Shown: one piece after another, positions 8,465 through 16,448 of the stretch
Position numbering within the stretch: position 1 is the first letter of the stretch
How the letters are laid out: each line of letters opens with the position of its first letter
Assembly (NCBI GenBank): GCA_045644225.1
Contig: JAZRGP010000465.1
Span: 1 to 25,386, forward strand
Reading direction: 5' to 3'
From: Christensenellaceae bacterium
Lineage (GTDB): Bacteria > Bacillota > Clostridia > Christensenellales > Christensenellaceae
Length of the DNA: 25,386 nt
Translations under genes and position numbers: made by a program
Notes under the pieces: generated by a model
Seen by the model: the letters and a program-made list of their open reading frames with translations, nothing else
Databases searched by the model: none
What the model was told of the DNA's origin: nothing

Positions 8465-8856
8465 AGAAGGATCTGCTTGTGTGTTCTGCTGTCCCTCATG
8501 TGTCCTTCTTCATCAAAAAAGATATCTTCATCGCGGTATCCGAGTTCATGTGCTTTTTCTCTCTGCCAGAGGATGTAATCCAGTCGTGCTTCTGCGGCAC
8601 TTTGCTCGGCCCTACGGTCGCAGATGCGCTGTACAAGCGAGCAGATCCAGCGGATGATGCAGAACAAGGTAAGCGCAGCGAGAATTCCGAGGGAAAGTGC
8701 TTCATGCTCGGATGCCCATTTATGAAATGGGATCGTCATAAGCAGAAACCAGATCACAGGGAGTGTCAGGCGAAGCTTCCCTGATACGCGGAACACAAAG
8801 GACAGGATCATCATGAGCATGGAAAATGCGAGAGAAAGGATGGGAATAATCATCAT
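8461..8856 (-). CDS. Hypothetical membrane protein (about 3 TM segments), convergent on virB6
   Basis: 131 aa, hydrophobic N-half and charged C-tail, RBS GGAGG. Its stop overlaps the virB6 stop in a shared TTAA (8461-8464). Confidence 0.7.
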   Translation of the reverse strand: MMIIPILSLAFSMLMMILSFVFRVSGKLRLTLPVIWFLLMTIPFHKWASEHEALSLGILAALTLFCIIRWICSLVQRICDRRAEQSAAEARLDYILWQREKAHELGYRDEDIFFDEEGHMRDSRTHKQILL

Positions 8857-8862
8857 AATACA

Positions 8863-8904
8863 AAACCTCCTTTTTTAGAATTGTACTCTAAAAAAAGGAG
8901 GTTT
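8863..8904 (-). promoter_or_regulatory. 17-bp hairpin whose 3' arm contains the RBS of the membrane-protein gene
   Basis: AAACCTCCTTTTTTAGA / TCTAAAAAAAGGAGGTTT with one bulge. The minus-strand GGAGG lies inside the stem. Confidence 0.6.
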
Positions 8905-8917
8905 CCAAATGTGCGGA

Positions 8918-9154
8918 TTATAATAAAAGATCTTCAAACGAAACATCTAAGGCTTGTGCGAGAATCACGATCTCATAATCCTGCACCAAGCGCTGTTGCC
9001 CCTCTAATCTGGAAAGGCTTGTCGCACTGATGTCCATTCCGAGTGTTTGCAACTTGGCAAGAAAGTCTTTCTGTTTTAAATTCTTCATTTTTCGAATAGT
9101 ATACACTTTTTGCCCAACGATATTCTTAACCCCGACGATTTGACGATGTTTCAT
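8918..9154 (-). CDS. XRE/Cro-C1 family helix-turn-helix regulator
   Basis: KNIVGQKVYTIRKMKNLKQKDFLAKLQTLGMDISATSLSRLEGQQR...LAQALDVSFEDLL. Confidence 0.85.
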   Translation of the reverse strand: MKHRQIVGVKNIVGQKVYTIRKMKNLKQKDFLAKLQTLGMDISATSLSRLEGQQRLVQDYEIVILAQALDVSFEDLLL

Positions 9155-9197
9155 AAATCACCACCACAGTTGTATATATATCAAAATATTATTGGAT

Positions 9198-9262
9198 AAC
9201 GCAGTTGTTTTACTGCGAGTTACGCATTAAAATAGAAAAATAAACCGAATTTCGCAGTAAAA
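9198..9262. promoter_or_regulatory. Candidate operator array in the divergent XRE/SLOG promoter region
   Basis: 11-bp inverted repeat TTTTACTGCGA (9208-9218) / TCGCAGTAAAA (9252-9262), plus CGCAGT/ACTGCG inverted pair (9200-9217). Confidence 0.5.
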
Positions 9263-9276
9263 AGGCGGTGATTACA

Positions 9277-9798
9277 ATGTATGCAGAGATCAGTTGTTGT
9301 TTTACAGGTCACAGACCATCCAAACTACCGTGGGGGTATGATGAGAACAACGAAAAATGCTTGGGTTTAAAGCAAATCCTTAAAGAACAGATAGCCGGAC
9401 TAAGCCAAAAAGGAGTCCGACTTTTTTTGACAGGCATGGCAGACGGCATAGATATCTATGCTGCAGAAGCTGTAATGGAACTGAAAAGAGAACATCCCGA
9501 ATGGAAAATAAAGCTCATAGGGATCATTCCTTATACAGGGCAAGAAGGACATCCGGGAACCAAATATTATTCCAGATACCAAAACATTCTTCAAAATGCA
9601 GACAGATATTTCGTTCTTTCTCCTCATTATACCCGAGAATGTTTATTGGAACGGAATAGATTTATGGTGGATCACTGCAAATATATTATAGCGGTGTACA
9701 ACGGAAAGAAAGGAGGTACGGGATACACAATAGATTACGGAAAAAGAAAAGAACGGAAGATTACTGTCATCAATCCCGAAACATTGGAAATTGTTTAA
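9277..9798 (+). CDS. SLOG-superfamily DUF1273/YspA-like protein
   Basis: CCFTGHRPSKLP, TGMADGIDIYAAEAV, ERNRFMVD and GGTGYTIDY motifs. Confidence 0.85.
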   Translation: MYAEISCCFTGHRPSKLPWGYDENNEKCLGLKQILKEQIAGLSQKGVRLFLTGMADGIDIYAAEAVMELKREHPEWKIKLIGIIPYTGQEGHPGTKYYSRYQNILQNADRYFVLSPHYTRECLLERNRFMVDHCKYIIAVYNGKKGGTGYTIDYGKRKERKITVINPETLEIV

Positions 9799-9821
9799 CA
9801 GCACCAATCAGTGCTGTTTTT
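9797..9821 (+). terminator. Intrinsic terminator after the SLOG gene
   Basis: AACAGCAC-CAATCA-GTGCTGTT followed by a T run. Confidence 0.65.
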
Positions 9822-9836
9822 ATTTAGGAGGAATTT

Positions 9837-10193
9837 ATGGAAGTAAAAATAAACCGTGAAATACGGGACTACAAAGAAAACATCTTCTTTGGGCTGAACC
9901 TGCGTCAGCTCATTTTTTCTGTGTTGTCAATGGGTGCAGCTGTGGCAATATATTTCGGCTGTAAGGATGCCGTAGGGACAGAAGTGGTATCGTGGCTGTG
10001 TATCTTAGGTGCTGCGCCTTTTGCGGCACTCGGATTTATCCAATACAACGGCATGACGGCGGGAGAGTTGCTAGTGGCATATCTCCGTTCGGAGTGGATT
10101 ATGCCGAAACACTTATGCTTTAAGAGTGAAGATATTTACCATGCTGTCTGCGGCGAAGATATGGAAAAAGAAAGGAAACAAAAGAATGTTTGA
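9837..10193 (+). CDS. prgI: PrgI-family (VirB3-like) protein
   Basis: EVKINREIRDYKENIFFGLNLRQLI, two TM segments, YNGMT motif. Overlaps the virB4 start. Confidence 0.9.
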   Translation: MEVKINREIRDYKENIFFGLNLRQLIFSVLSMGAAVAIYFGCKDAVGTEVVSWLCILGAAPFAALGFIQYNGMTAGELLVAYLRSEWIMPKHLCFKSEDIYHAVCGEDMEKERKQKNV

Positions 10194-12525
10194 ACAGTTA
10201 AAAAGCAAGTTTGTAAGAGATAAGGATCGCATGAAGCTCCCGCACTCTGCGCAGGAGTGTATCCCCGTAGAGCGGATCTGGCTGGACGGGATATGGTTTG
10301 CAGACGGGAAGTATTCCAAGTGCTGGAGGTTTGAAGATATTAACTATGAGATCGCATCGCAGGAAGATAAGGAAGCGATGTTCTGGAACTATGCGGCACT
10401 CCTTAATTCCTTTGACAGCAATGCCAATACCAAGATCACCATCTGCAACAGGAAGATCAACAAAAAAGCCTTTGAGGAATCCGTGCTTACGAAGCTCAAT
10501 GGAGATGAGCTGGATGTGTTCCGCAAAGAGTACAACGAGATGCTTTATGACAAGATCACCTCAACCTCCAACTCCATTGTGCAGGAGCGGTATATTACCG
10601 TATCTGCTCCCGCAAAGGACATTGAAGAAGCACGGAGCTACTTTAACCGCATGACCGCAGAACTGTCGGGACATTTGGGAAAGCTCTCATCAGCGTGCGT
10701 TCCCTTAAATAGCACAGAACGGCTGAGGATCTTCCATGACTTCTATCGTGCAGGAGAAGAAAATCACTTCTCTATGGATCTCAAAACAATGATCCGTCAG
10801 GGCAAATCCTTTCGGGATCATATCTGCCCCGACACTTTTGAATTTAAGAGTGATCACTTCGCGATGGGAGATCGCTACGGGCGGGTACTGTTTGTAAAGG
10901 ACTTTGCAAACTTCTTAAAAGACCGCTTTCTCTTCGATCTGTATTCCTTAAACCGCAATATGTTTCTCTCCATAGACATGGTTCCCGTCCCTACGGAAAA
11001 GGCGGTACGGGATGTGCAGAATAAGATCCTCGGTATTGAGACGAACATCACAAACTGGCAGCGCAGACAGAACCAGAACAACAACTTCTCTGCGGCACTT
11101 CCGTATGATCTGGAACTGCAAAGAAAGGAAACAAAGGAGTTTCTGGATGATATTGTATCCCGCGACCAGCGAATGATGTATGCGCTCGTTACCCTTGTAC
11201 ATACGGCGGACACCAAAGAGCAGCTGGATGCGGACACAAAGAGATTGACCGCAACCGCACGAAACAGAACTTGTCAGTTATCTGTGCTGAAGTTTCAGCA
11301 GATAGAGGGATTAAACACCGCACTTCCTGCAGGGACACGGTATATCCATGCCTTGCGCACATTTACAACGGAATCTCTCGCGGCACTTATGCCGTTCTGC
11401 GCGCAGGAGATCATGCATCCCGGTGGGATCTATGCAGGGGTAAACACCATTACGGGGAACCTCATCATTGTAGATCGAACGGGACTCATAAACGGCAATG
11501 GATTTGTCTGCGGTGTCAGCGGCTCGGGCAAATCTTTTTATGTGAAAGAATACGTTATTGCCGTAAAGCTGAAGCGTCCGCAGGACGAGATCCTGATCTT
11601 AGATCCGCACAATGAATATGCTCCGCTTATCCTTGCATTGGGCGGCAGAGCAATTAACTTCTCTCCCTCGTCTCCGCACCATATAAATGCGCTGGATCTC
11701 TCGGAAGGATACGGCAGCGGCGTAAACCCGCTCATTGCAAAGAGTGAATTTGTGCTCTCTCTGGTAGAGCGTGTTGTCGGCTCGGGGAAACTGGATGCCG
11801 CAGACAAATCCCTTATTGACGAGAGCCTGACGAGGATCTATGGAAAATATCTTGCGAGCAATTATACAACAACTCCTCCCACTCTTGCAGAGCTCTATGA
11901 AGATCTGAAACAGTACAAAACTCCGAGAGCAGATAACCTCGCACTTGCCATCCGCATGATCTCCACGGGCAATCTCAATATGTTTGCGCATCAGACAAAC
12001 ATTGACGTAGACAACAAGCTCATTTCTTTTGGCATCCGTGATCTCGGAAGTCAGATGCAGGAGATCGGAGAAACCGTGCTCTTTGACGCGATCCGCAACC
12101 GCGTCGCACGAAACAGCGAACGCGGGATCCGCACCCATGTCATCGTGGATGAGATGCACATCTTCTTTACTCATGAATACTCCGCACAATTCTTTGCGGG
12201 TGTATGGAAGCAGTTCCGCAAATACGGCGCACTTGCTACAGGCATCACGCAGAATGTGGAGGACTGCATGAAGAGCGTTACAGGCAGAACACTTCTCGCG
12301 AACAGTGAATACCTCGCTATGCTGAATCAGGCGCCGACAGACCGCATGGAGCTTGCACGGCTGTTAAACATCTCGGAAGAACAGCTTTCCCATATTACCA
12401 ACTCCGGCGTGGGAAAAGGACTCTTAAAGTGCGGAAATGCCATTGTGCCATTCATAGACGAGTTTCCCAAGAACACTTCGCTGTATAAGCTGATGACAAC
12501 GAGAATGGAGGATGACGGATCGTGA
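10186..12525 (+). CDS. virB4: VirB4-like conjugation ATPase
   Basis: Walker A GVSGSGKS, ILILDPHNEY, Walker B VIVDEMH, KQFRKYGALATGITQNVED. Start placed at ATG 10186. Confidence 0.93.
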   Translation: MFEQLKSKFVRDKDRMKLPHSAQECIPVERIWLDGIWFADGKYSKCWRFEDINYEIASQEDKEAMFWNYAALLNSFDSNANTKITICNRKINKKAFEESVLTKLNGDELDVFRKEYNEMLYDKITSTSNSIVQERYITVSAPAKDIEEARSYFNRMTAELSGHLGKLSSACVPLNSTERLRIFHDFYRAGEENHFSMDLKTMIRQGKSFRDHICPDTFEFKSDHFAMGDRYGRVLFVKDFANFLKDRFLFDLYSLNRNMFLSIDMVPVPTEKAVRDVQNKILGIETNITNWQRRQNQNNNFSAALPYDLELQRKETKEFLDDIVSRDQRMMYALVTLVHTADTKEQLDADTKRLTATARNRTCQLSVLKFQQIEGLNTALPAGTRYIHALRTFTTESLAALMPFCAQEIMHPGGIYAGVNTITGNLIIVDRTGLINGNGFVCGVSGSGKSFYVKEYVIAVKLKRPQDEILILDPHNEYAPLILALGGRAINFSPSSPHHINALDLSEGYGSGVNPLIAKSEFVLSLVERVVGSGKLDAADKSLIDESLTRIYGKYLASNYTTTPPTLAELYEDLKQYKTPRADNLALAIRMISTGNLNMFAHQTNIDVDNKLISFGIRDLGSQMQEIGETVLFDAIRNRVARNSERGIRTHVIVDEMHIFFTHEYSAQFFAGVWKQFRKYGALATGITQNVEDCMKSVTGRTLLANSEYLAMLNQAPTDRMELARLLNISEEQLSHITNSGVGKGLLKCGNAIVPFIDEFPKNTSLYKLMTTRMEDDGS

Positions 12526-14105
12526 AGTTAGAGCGGAAAGTCAAAACAAAGGCGCGGTATTCTCCTACCATACGGACAGACAAGATCTCTTTTTCCAACG
12601 CTCACAGGATCATTCCACAAGAGAACAACTCCTACGAAGATAATGCTGCGCGGTATGCAGAAGAAAAGACAACCGACACAGTAAATCGTACCTCAGAAGA
12701 TATTATGAGCAGTATGCGAAACGGGCGAAAGGATATTGTTCGCAGTATACGAAAGCATCATGCTAATACAATGAAAACGGCAAAGAATACCGTAAAAACA
12801 GCGAAGCATACCGCAAAAGCTACGGCGAATGCAACAAAAAAGACCGCAGAAGCATCCGCAAAAGCGGCAAAGACCTCCGCAAAGGCGGCAGAAGCAGCAG
12901 CGAAAGCTGCTTCCGCTGCCGGCAAAGCGGTCGCAAAAGTAGTCGTCAAAGTGATAAAAGCAATTATTGAAGGGATTAAGGAGCTTATTGCACTCATCAT
13001 CGAAGGAGGTTGGGTCAGCGTGATCATTATTGCTGTGATCGCGGTGGTCATAGCGCTCATGGCGATCTTCGGGGTATTCTCCTCCAATGAATCCGCGGAC
13101 GGGAGCAAACCCATGACGGAAGCGATTGAGCAGATAAATTCAGAATACACCAAAGTCATCGAGAAGCAAATACGGGAATTGTCTCGAAGCGATGCTGACA
13201 AAGTTGAGATCATCTACGAGGGAGATATGGAGAGCGCAGAAAGCACAGTTCCCAACTGGGCGGATGTTATCTCTGTCTACTCCGTAAAGTATGCGATGGA
13301 TGAAGAAAACCCCATGGACATTACCACCATAACCGAAGAGAACATACTGGCTCTTGAAACGGTTTTTCATGATATGAATGAGGTTTCCTATCGTACATCC
13401 CGCAGAACGGAAGAAATCCCCACAGAAGATCCAACCGCTGAGCCCGAAACAAAAAACATACTCAGTATTTCCATAAACACTGCAAGTCTGGATTACCGTG
13501 ACGGAGCAGAGCTTTATGGCTTTAGTAAAGATCAGAACGAGATCCTTGCAGAGCTCATGCAGCCTGAGTTCTATCCTCTCTTTGCGGAGCTCATTGGAGA
13601 GACGATTGGTGACGGCGGTGAATATGGTATGGGGCTGAATATTAACCCTGATCTCCCGCCGAATACCCTTGGCGCGCAGATCGTGGAAGCGGCAAAGAGA
13701 TACATCGGGCGAAGCTATTCCAGTATGGATTGCTCAAATCTCGTAAGAACGGCGCTGAAAGACTGCGGACTGAATTCTATGAATGGACTAAACTCTACTG
13801 CCATGGCAAAGAAGTGCAAGGATATGGGGATCCTCTTTACGAATGCAGACGAGCTGCAGGCGGGAGATCTTATTTTCTTTGCAAGAAAAAATCCCTCCAA
13901 AGGAGAGGGATACTGCACGGATACCCGAAGATGCGGTTCAGGAAAATGCAAACGCTGGATGCAGATCCATCATGTCGCGATCTATATCAATGACGAATAC
14001 CTCATTGACAGTACCGGCGGAAAGAACAGCGTACAGATACGAAAACATTGGGGCATAAACGACTCGGAATGGAGCTGGGTATGCTTTGGGAGAGTAACAG
14101 AATAA
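12522..14105 (+). CDS. Conjugation cell-wall hydrolase with C-terminal NlpC/P60 domain
   Basis: Ala/Lys-rich stalk, TM segment, MDCSNLV catalytic Cys, LQAGDLIFF and HHVAIY. Confidence 0.85.
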   Translation: MKLERKVKTKARYSPTIRTDKISFSNAHRIIPQENNSYEDNAARYAEEKTTDTVNRTSEDIMSSMRNGRKDIVRSIRKHHANTMKTAKNTVKTAKHTAKATANATKKTAEASAKAAKTSAKAAEAAAKAASAAGKAVAKVVVKVIKAIIEGIKELIALIIEGGWVSVIIIAVIAVVIALMAIFGVFSSNESADGSKPMTEAIEQINSEYTKVIEKQIRELSRSDADKVEIIYEGDMESAESTVPNWADVISVYSVKYAMDEENPMDITTITEENILALETVFHDMNEVSYRTSRRTEEIPTEDPTAEPETKNILSISINTASLDYRDGAELYGFSKDQNEILAELMQPEFYPLFAELIGETIGDGGEYGMGLNINPDLPPNTLGAQIVEAAKRYIGRSYSSMDCSNLVRTALKDCGLNSMNGLNSTAMAKKCKDMGILFTNADELQAGDLIFFARKNPSKGEGYCTDTRRCGSGKCKRWMQIHHVAIYINDEYLIDSTGGKNSVQIRKHWGINDSEWSWVCFGRVTE

Positions 14106-14115
14106 GGAGAAAGAG

Positions 14116-14760
14116 ATGATAAAGAAGATTTTAATTGTAATGGGAGTACTGTTAATTGTTGCTGGGCTTATTGGGATAAACCGACCAAAGGATTATTATG
14201 CTGAAACGATAACTCCGAAAGTAACGGTAACACATACGGAAGAACAAACAACATCAACAGTTTCGCAGTTAATGGAGGAAGTATTCGAAGAAGAGATTCA
14301 GCCAACTGAAGAAGTTGAGATTGTTGCCAACCTAGAAGAACACAATTCACAAAAAAAGAAAACAGATAAGGCAGAATTCACCTTATCTGTTGGAGAAAGC
14401 TCGGTAAGAATATTAAAAGGGATAGACGAAGCAACACTTGAAAAGGCACCGGGATGGATGCCATCATCTGCTGCTCCGGGAGAGAATGGTGTTTGCGTGA
14501 TCTATGGTCACAGGAACAGGAAGCATCTGCGGCTGCTGAAGGATGTAAAAATTGGGGATGATTTAACCGTTGCTTATGAGGGAAAGAATTATGTTTACAA
14601 GATCGAGGAGATACAGATCTATGACAAGAAAAATACGATAACGATTCCAAGTGCAGACGAACCGATGCTTATGATAATGACTTGTTACCCGTTCAGTTAT
14701 GAAGGAAAAGCGCCAAGGCAGATAATAATTAAAGCAACAATAGAAAAATTCAATTTTTAG
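14116..14760 (+). CDS. Class D-like sortase
   Basis: N-terminal anchor, GENGVCVIYGHR (His), LMIMTCYPF (Cys), downstream Arg. Confidence 0.85.
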   Translation: MIKKILIVMGVLLIVAGLIGINRPKDYYAETITPKVTVTHTEEQTTSTVSQLMEEVFEEEIQPTEEVEIVANLEEHNSQKKKTDKAEFTLSVGESSVRILKGIDEATLEKAPGWMPSSAAPGENGVCVIYGHRNRKHLRLLKDVKIGDDLTVAYEGKNYVYKIEEIQIYDKKNTITIPSADEPMLMIMTCYPFSYEGKAPRQIIIKATIEKFNF

Positions 14761-14793
14761 AACGTGGTTTTTCGATGCTTTCAAACATTTTTC

Positions 14794-14862
14794 GACTTTT
14801 TATGTGATTTCAGACCCGTTTCATATAAGGTTAAGATCCATTCTATTTTTTTGGAGTATTAT
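14794..14862 (+). promoter_or_regulatory. Putative LytTR(AgrA)-type activated promoter, homologous to the agrD promoter
   Basis: 30 of 38 bases match 19333-19370. Imperfect 9-mers spaced 21 bp (GACTTTTTA, CCCGTTTCA). TATTAT -10 at 14857. Confidence 0.45.
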
Positions 14863-14895
14863 GGATATGTAATAATACACAAAGGAGAAGAGGTT

Positions 14896-15870
14896 ATGGA
14901 CCGCATAAAAAAACCGTGGTATTTTCTTTCAGTTTTTGGTGGATGGATTATCGAGCAAATTATCGAATATTTTTTGAATCATGTTTTCTCTATTTCGGAG
15001 GGAATAATAATACGATTTCTTAATATAAGAATTACCGTATTAGATCTTATTCCATGCTTGATTGCCGCAATATGTTGTTTGATTTATATACAGCAATTGC
15101 ACAAAGAAATAAACAAAACTATATACCCCGAAGATACTCAAAAAATGTTTGAATTATTATCGGAAGTTCTTAATAAAAACGAATATGTAGAAAGTATTCA
15201 GGCATATCAGTATCAAGTAAAAAATGATAAAAGTGGTAAATACATTAAATTAAACTATGTATGTGGTGTTGCAGATGAGCGAATTGAAATTAATTCTATC
15301 ATGCAAACTTATTTTTATTTTCCTTATTCAATTTATAAAAAAATTTGTGCAGTTTCTGGATATTATGGCGATTACAAGCGAGAAAAAGATCCCATTAAAA
15401 AAGAACATAAATTTGACACATTTAGGGAAGAAGGTGAAAAATTAGCAAAAGAATTATTAGATAGCTTAAAACAAATAAATACATCACAAGAAATTGAAGA
15501 ATACCATTGCGAGATGTATCGGGTAGCACTGAGAATACTTTCTGCAATCCAAGACAAGGCAGTCTTGAGTATTTTAAACAATAAGGAGGTAGAACAGACA
15601 TTAATAAAAAGGAAAAAGACCGGAATACTAGGATCTGTTGTGCTAAGTGATATGTATGTGTTTAGGAACCAAAATAGTCTTGAAAAAACAGACCGGCTCT
15701 ACATAACAATGCCTTTTGATAAAGAAAAAAACATTGTGCTTCTTGCTTCTTTAACAGGCAGCAATATTGTAGGCAATAACTCTAAACCTAATGAAAATGA
15801 TTTAGAAAAATACTGTATTGAAATAGGTAAGCAGATTCTTGAATATGTTACCGAGATAAACCATAAATAA
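14896..15870 (+). CDS. Hypothetical protein with N-terminal membrane segments
   Basis: 324 aa from ATG 14896 (RBS AAGGAG/GAGG), AT-rich. No family recognised. Confidence 0.75.
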   Translation: MDRIKKPWYFLSVFGGWIIEQIIEYFLNHVFSISEGIIIRFLNIRITVLDLIPCLIAAICCLIYIQQLHKEINKTIYPEDTQKMFELLSEVLNKNEYVESIQAYQYQVKNDKSGKYIKLNYVCGVADERIEINSIMQTYFYFPYSIYKKICAVSGYYGDYKREKDPIKKEHKFDTFREEGEKLAKELLDSLKQINTSQEIEEYHCEMYRVALRILSAIQDKAVLSILNNKEVEQTLIKRKKTGILGSVVLSDMYVFRNQNSLEKTDRLYITMPFDKEKNIVLLASLTGSNIVGNNSKPNENDLEKYCIEIGKQILEYVTEINHK

Positions 15871-15895
15871 TTCTTAAATATTAGGAGGCAAAAGC

Positions 15896-16090
15896 ATGAA
15901 ACTTCTTATTAAAAAACGACGTCGTTTTACAAGTAAAGAAAGAGAACTTTTAGAAAAATCAATACAAGATCTTATAAGGGAATATAACATAGTTACATCA
16001 AATGAAAAACAAATCAATAGAATTTGTAAAATGGAAAGCTTTAATCAATCTATACGAATCATAGAAATAAAGCATAATAATGCATATTAA
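15896..16090 (+). CDS. Small basic hypothetical protein
   Basis: 64 aa, strong RBS AGGAGG, directly downstream of the previous ORF. Confidence 0.55.
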   Translation: MKLLIKKRRRFTSKERELLEKSIQDLIREYNIVTSNEKQINRICKMESFNQSIRIIEIKHNNAY

Positions 16091-16140
16091 AAGTGCATTA
16101 CAATTAACATGTTTCTATGCATTGCAATGTCTTTTTTCAC

Positions 16141-16169
16141 TTGACATTCAAGAATAGGAACAATAAAAT
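16141..16169 (+). promoter_or_regulatory. SigA-type promoter for the structured RNA
   Basis: TTGACA (16141-16146), 17-bp spacer, TAAAAT (16164-16169). A 10-bp palindrome CATTGCAATG (16120-16129) lies upstream. Confidence 0.7.
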
Positions 16170-16175
16170 AAAAGC

Positions 16176-16432
16176 AGGGAGGGAATTTCCCCCAAATATA
16201 GAAAAACGCGACAGGATCAATGTGTTGGCGCACATTGAATCCCTACTCAAAGGTGTCACTACCACCCTCAAGCAATCCCATATGGGACACCGCGGTTCAA
16301 TTATCATTATACAATTCCTTGAATTGTGATGCAATGAGAATTTTTTGCGCGAGGGCTTTGGATTATTATCCATACACCTCGCGTTTTCTATACCAAAGGA
16401 AATTCCCGACTGTTTTACAAATAGTCGGGAAT
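16176..16432 (+). ncRNA. Unassigned highly structured RNA (~230-260 nt)
   Basis: Closing stems GGGAATTTCC/GGAAATTCCC and TATAGAAAAACGCGA/TCGCGTTTTCTATA, at least four internal hairpins, and a 3' 10-bp hairpin. Starts right after a consensus promoter. Confidence 0.6.
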
Positions 16433-16448
16433 GGAGAAAACTAAAAAT

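Noticed and set aside
12760-12950. Ala/Lys-rich low-complexity repeats as a novel repeat element
   Set aside because: This is an ordinary stalk region of ICE conjugative NlpC/P60 proteins.
227-13993. Numerous long antisense or alternate-frame ORFs over the tra genes (e.g. 4946..5509, 5947..6432, 11599..12189)
   Set aside because: They are shadow ORFs fully overlapping well-supported genes, with no motifs or RBS.
16283-16295. TGGGACACCGCGG as a T-box bulge
   Set aside because: Lacks the essential UGGN of GGUGGNACCGCG, and no amino-acid-related gene follows.
16175-16438. Resemblance to an FMN riboswitch (CAGGGAGGGAATTTCCCCCA and CCGAC...AGTCGGGAATGGAGAA)
   Set aside because: Lacks the GGUGAAAUUCC T-loops and the central conserved junctions, has the wrong length and stem layout, and no riboflavin gene follows.
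16117-16444. ORFs 16117..16329 (+), 16137..16373 (-) and 16220..16444 (+)
   Set aside because: No RBS and no protein-like character. They overlap the promoter and the structured RNA.
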